From contig CAWGPD010000004.1 of the NCBI GenBank assembly GCA_963824385.1, positions 1 through 64,000 on the forward strand: DNA of 64,000 bases, given 5' to 3'. Shown in pieces: positions 61,053-64,000 of this stretch. Source of the stretch: an uncultured Nitrososphaerota archaeon (GTDB lineage: Archaea; Thermoproteota; Nitrososphaeria; Nitrososphaerales; Nitrosopumilaceae). Under the pieces are notes generated by a model. The model worked only from the letters and a program-made list of their open reading frames with translations, had not been told where the DNA came from and did no database searches. Numbering within the stretch: the stretch's first letter is position 1; the number at the start of each line of letters is the position of its first letter. The translations under genes and the position numbers were made by a program.

Positions 61053-61940
61053 ATGAATAGCAATTTTTTGTCAGGTCTACAAAATAAATTATCAGGTAAA
61101 ATAAAAACTCAAAATAAAAATAATGGTATACTTTTTTCACCCTTGACACTAGGAAAAAATCTAAACCAATGCACTATTGAGGAAATCATGCCACATCTGT
61201 TAGTCTATTCATCAATGGCAACAATTGAAAGCAAAGAAAAGATATGGGTGGCCACATCAATGCTTGTCAGATTTCTTTCATCTCACACAAATAATTTAGT
61301 AGTAATGGAATCTGACACTCCAGTTGGAATGATAGGAAGTAAAGAAGTATTACAAGGTCTTTATGAGAATCCTAATCATGAATTTTTCTCAGAACATACT
61401 GTTCATGAGGTGATGAATAAAGGGATTGACATAGTATCGCCCAAAACAAGAGTATATGATCTGCTAAACAAGATGAGTTATCTTGGTAGAGACTTTGCTC
61501 TAATTCAAACAACAGATGGCGAATTTTCAACCATCTCTGCCAGGCGATTGTTAGAAGTAGGCATACTTTGTGATACCGCAATAAAAGTTTCAGACATGCC
61601 ATCAAAGAAAATAGTGACATTCCAAAAAGAAGATACGATAGATTTTCTGATAAAAGAGATGCTGAAAAACAACACTGATGTGGTCATATTAGAGCATACT
61701 CCATTATTTGTTACACCGCAGATAATCTTTGAGAAAATATCTGAATTAAATTATCTAGATGGAATTGACAATTTTCTTAATTCAAAGATCAGTACGCTAA
61801 ATTTGAAAAGTGGGCGCATAATTCCAGATAATATCACAGTACCTGAAATGTGCAAAATTATGTTAAGTATGAAAAATGCATTTGTAATGACTCAAAATAA
61901 CGTATTGACACCATGGGATTTGATTACAACTTTTGCTTAG
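61053..61940 (+). CDS. Degenerate tandem CBS-domain protein
   Basis: PVGMIG..EVL, VHEVM, VLTPWDLI. Confidence 0.72.
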   Translation: MNSNFLSGLQNKLSGKIKTQNKNNGILFSPLTLGKNLNQCTIEEIMPHLLVYSSMATIESKEKIWVATSMLVRFLSSHTNNLVVMESDTPVGMIGSKEVLQGLYENPNHEFFSEHTVHEVMNKGIDIVSPKTRVYDLLNKMSYLGRDFALIQTTDGEFSTISARRLLEVGILCDTAIKVSDMPSKKIVTFQKEDTIDFLIKEMLKNNTDVVILEHTPLFVTPQIIFEKISELNYLDGIDNFLNSKISTLNLKSGRIIPDNITVPEMCKIMLSMKNAFVMTQNNVLTPWDLITTFA

Positions 61941-61957
61941 GAGTATGAAATAACCAC

Positions 61958-62948
61958 ATGACACAAAGAATGACTGATAAAGAATACTCGATAAGCCAAT
62001 GGAGAAGACAACTTGAATATTTAACAAACGAATTAAACAAAACCACAGAACAGATACAATTGCTAGAAATTTTTGGCAATTCAAAATCAGAAATGGTTTT
62101 TGAAAAGCCAGGGCACGAAATTAGTGAACTAATGAGAAAACAAAATACTATTTCACATGAGATAATCACAATTAAAAAGAGAATTCAGAAACTTAGTGCA
62201 AAGACCATACTTAAAGTAGAATTGCTAATACTACCAGTAGTTGTAATATTGTTATTTTTTGTTGCAACAAACTATTCAATTATGCCTGCAGAACAAGGTT
62301 CAACCATAAAGACACATTATGTGATAGAAGATCTTCAAGGGAATTCCGTGGGCAATTACAAGCATTGGAGCATCATAAGCGGTACGCCATTAACTGTAAA
62401 TATTAAGAACCATGCAAATGTCAGTGATCAAAAAATCCAAGATGTAGAAAATGCCATAATGTCAACAGATAGCATTACGGGAGACAGTTCAACTCTATAT
62501 CAGTCAGCATCAGGAATGAAATCAGCGTATTTCAAAGGATGGCAGGGAGCAGTTCAGACAGCATATGCTAATACCAAGTACAACATTCCAGAAAAATTTG
62601 ACATAATCCAATCTGACAACAGCGAGGGAAACATAGTGGTAACACTTTCTACAGTGAAATCTGAAGATGGGTATTCAGGGGTCACAAGGACCATAGTAAA
62701 TGGAAATCAAATTCTAAAAACATTCATCACAATATTTGATTCAGACAAATTGACTGACAGTCAATTAGAATCAACAGTAAGACAAGAATTTGGGCATGCT
62801 TTAGGATTACCATATACGGATAATCCAGCAGATTCTCATGCATGAATCTATCTCGACCACTAATTCATACATATCAGAATGTGATATCAATGCCCTGCAA
62901 AAAGTATACAATGATGTAGATCCCGCTGGAAACTTTTGTAATGGCTAA
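61958..62948 (+). CDS. Membrane-anchored metzincin/matrixin-like protein with degenerate Zn motif; apparent frameshift near 62833
   Basis: Coiled coil, TM, RQEFGHALGLPY; the shifted frame continues DLMHES...SECDINALQKVY...*. Confidence 0.7.
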
Positions 62949-62989
62949 AACTAGTTTCAATACCAAGTGTATTTTAATCAAATAAATTA

Positions 62990-63508
62990 CTAGAATGTCC
63001 TGCCCTTTTGCAATTGACATAGGACATCAAAGTATGCTTTTATTTGTGCATGAGACGGATTTAATTCTTTGATTGCAGCTATGTCTACATTCAATTGTTC
63101 TAGTTTAGAATAAATTTCCTTATCTTCCAATGTATCTATTAATGCTTCAAGTTTGAATGGTTTTTTCATTATCTCAGTTATTTGTTTGAGACTTTTGACC
63201 GATTCAAAGAAAGTCTCTTGAACATAACCAGAAGCAAAGATTATTCTCTGATGAGGATTTATTTTTAGAATTTCTTTTGCAGTCTCAAGTCCATTTTTAA
63301 TTGGCATTTGATAATCTAAAATGACTGCATCAAAAGGAGGCACTGTATCATCAGGAGTATTTTGAGATTCTTCTATACGATAAATCTTCAAGCATTCATC
63401 GCCATTATTAGAGGTTGTAACCTTGTGTCCTTTTTCTTCTAAAACATACACGTATTGATCTAAGATATCTTTCTCATCCTCAGCTATCAGAACATGCATG
63501 AATCCCAA
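62990..63508 (-). CDS. Response regulator receiver protein
   Basis: VLIAEDE, LDYQMP..NG, IIFASG, KPF. Confidence 0.9.
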   Translation of the reverse strand: MGFMHVLIAEDEKDILDQYVYVLEEKGHKVTTSNNGDECLKIYRIEESQNTPDDTVPPFDAVILDYQMPIKNGLETAKEILKINPHQRIIFASGYVQETFFESVKSLKQITEIMKKPFKLEALIDTLEDKEIYSKLEQLNVDIAAIKELNPSHAQIKAYFDVLCQLQKGRTF

Positions 63509-63749
63509 ATGTTGGATATGACATATATCTCATTTGCAAGTTTGTCCAGTTCGAATCAGACACAGATTAATCTAAAGGCACTACATAGACCATGTAAGAT
63601 CTGAGGACCTTGCCTATCATTCCCAAAAGACATGCAGTGATTCTCAGTTCTTGATTTTTCCCAATGGTCAACAATATGCCAAATTGGAACTTCTCATAGG
63701 CATATTATTGCAGATTGTGTTATCTATCAAGAAGGAGAAGTTCAGTTAA

Positions 63750-64000
63750 ATGAATCAAATGTGGTATGTAACCATTCTAGTATTTACAATATCAGTAAGT
63801 GTTCTAATTCACTATTCCTACGGGGAAATAACCAGTGTAGACACAGGATGGGGAAATAGAGGAATTGGGGTAGACCCAACAACTGATAAAATATACGTAA
63901 CAGACTCGGTCACAAGTAACATTTCGGTAATTGATGGATTTACAAATAAAATCACAAATTCTATACATCTTGGAAGTAATTCACTTTTTTCAAATGCAGG
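63750..64000 (+). CDS. 5' part of a secreted YVTN/YncE beta-propeller protein (apparent frameshift near 63828)
   Basis: Signal peptide MNQMWYVTILVFTISVSVLIHYSYG; another frame reads GIGVDPTTDKIYVTDS...ISVIDGFTNKI. Confidence 0.65.
   Translation, partial: MNQMWYVTILVFTISVSVLIHYSYGEITSVDTGWGNRGIGVDPTTDKIYVTDSVTSNISVIDGFTNKITNSIHLGSNSLFSNA

Overview
AT-rich chromosomal window from an ammonia-oxidising archaeon (Nitrososphaerota/Thaumarchaeota; Nitrosotalea/Nitrosopumilales-like by inference from gene content such as PEFG-CTERM proteins, archaeal ThrRS, FBP aldolase/phosphatase and EF-1alpha-S10-Rpo12). Housekeeping genes include ilvA, mntH, tRNA-Val(CAC), thrS, speB, polB, dCMP deaminase, a Hef-like helicase, 3-hydroxyacyl-CoA dehydrogenase, fbp, tuf, rps10, rpo12, HMG-CoA synthase, gap, thrC and thiolase/DUF35. 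They are interspersed with accessory genes: bacterial-type fabI and an ADH, duplicated PepSY-like genes, large surface proteins and response regulators. The most notable observations are: (1) an unannotated ~225-nt multi-helix RNA candidate with its own promoter and U-tract (28481-28710), plus an ~80-nt hairpin RNA candidate that shares a promoter 9-mer with the tRNA; (2) an FBP aldolase/phosphatase carrying a ~290-aa tail dominated by 11 identical 57-bp Q/P/G-rich repeats; (3) at least seven sub-60-aa Cys/His microproteins missed by the ORF track, one abutting a class III nucleotide cyclase; (4) tandem DtxR/MntR-type boxes at the mntH promoter; (5) a metzincin-like membrane protein lacking two zinc ligands. 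Several single-base frameshifts, including in polB and gap, most likely reflect assembly indel errors. No CRISPR array, integrase or transposase was recognised.
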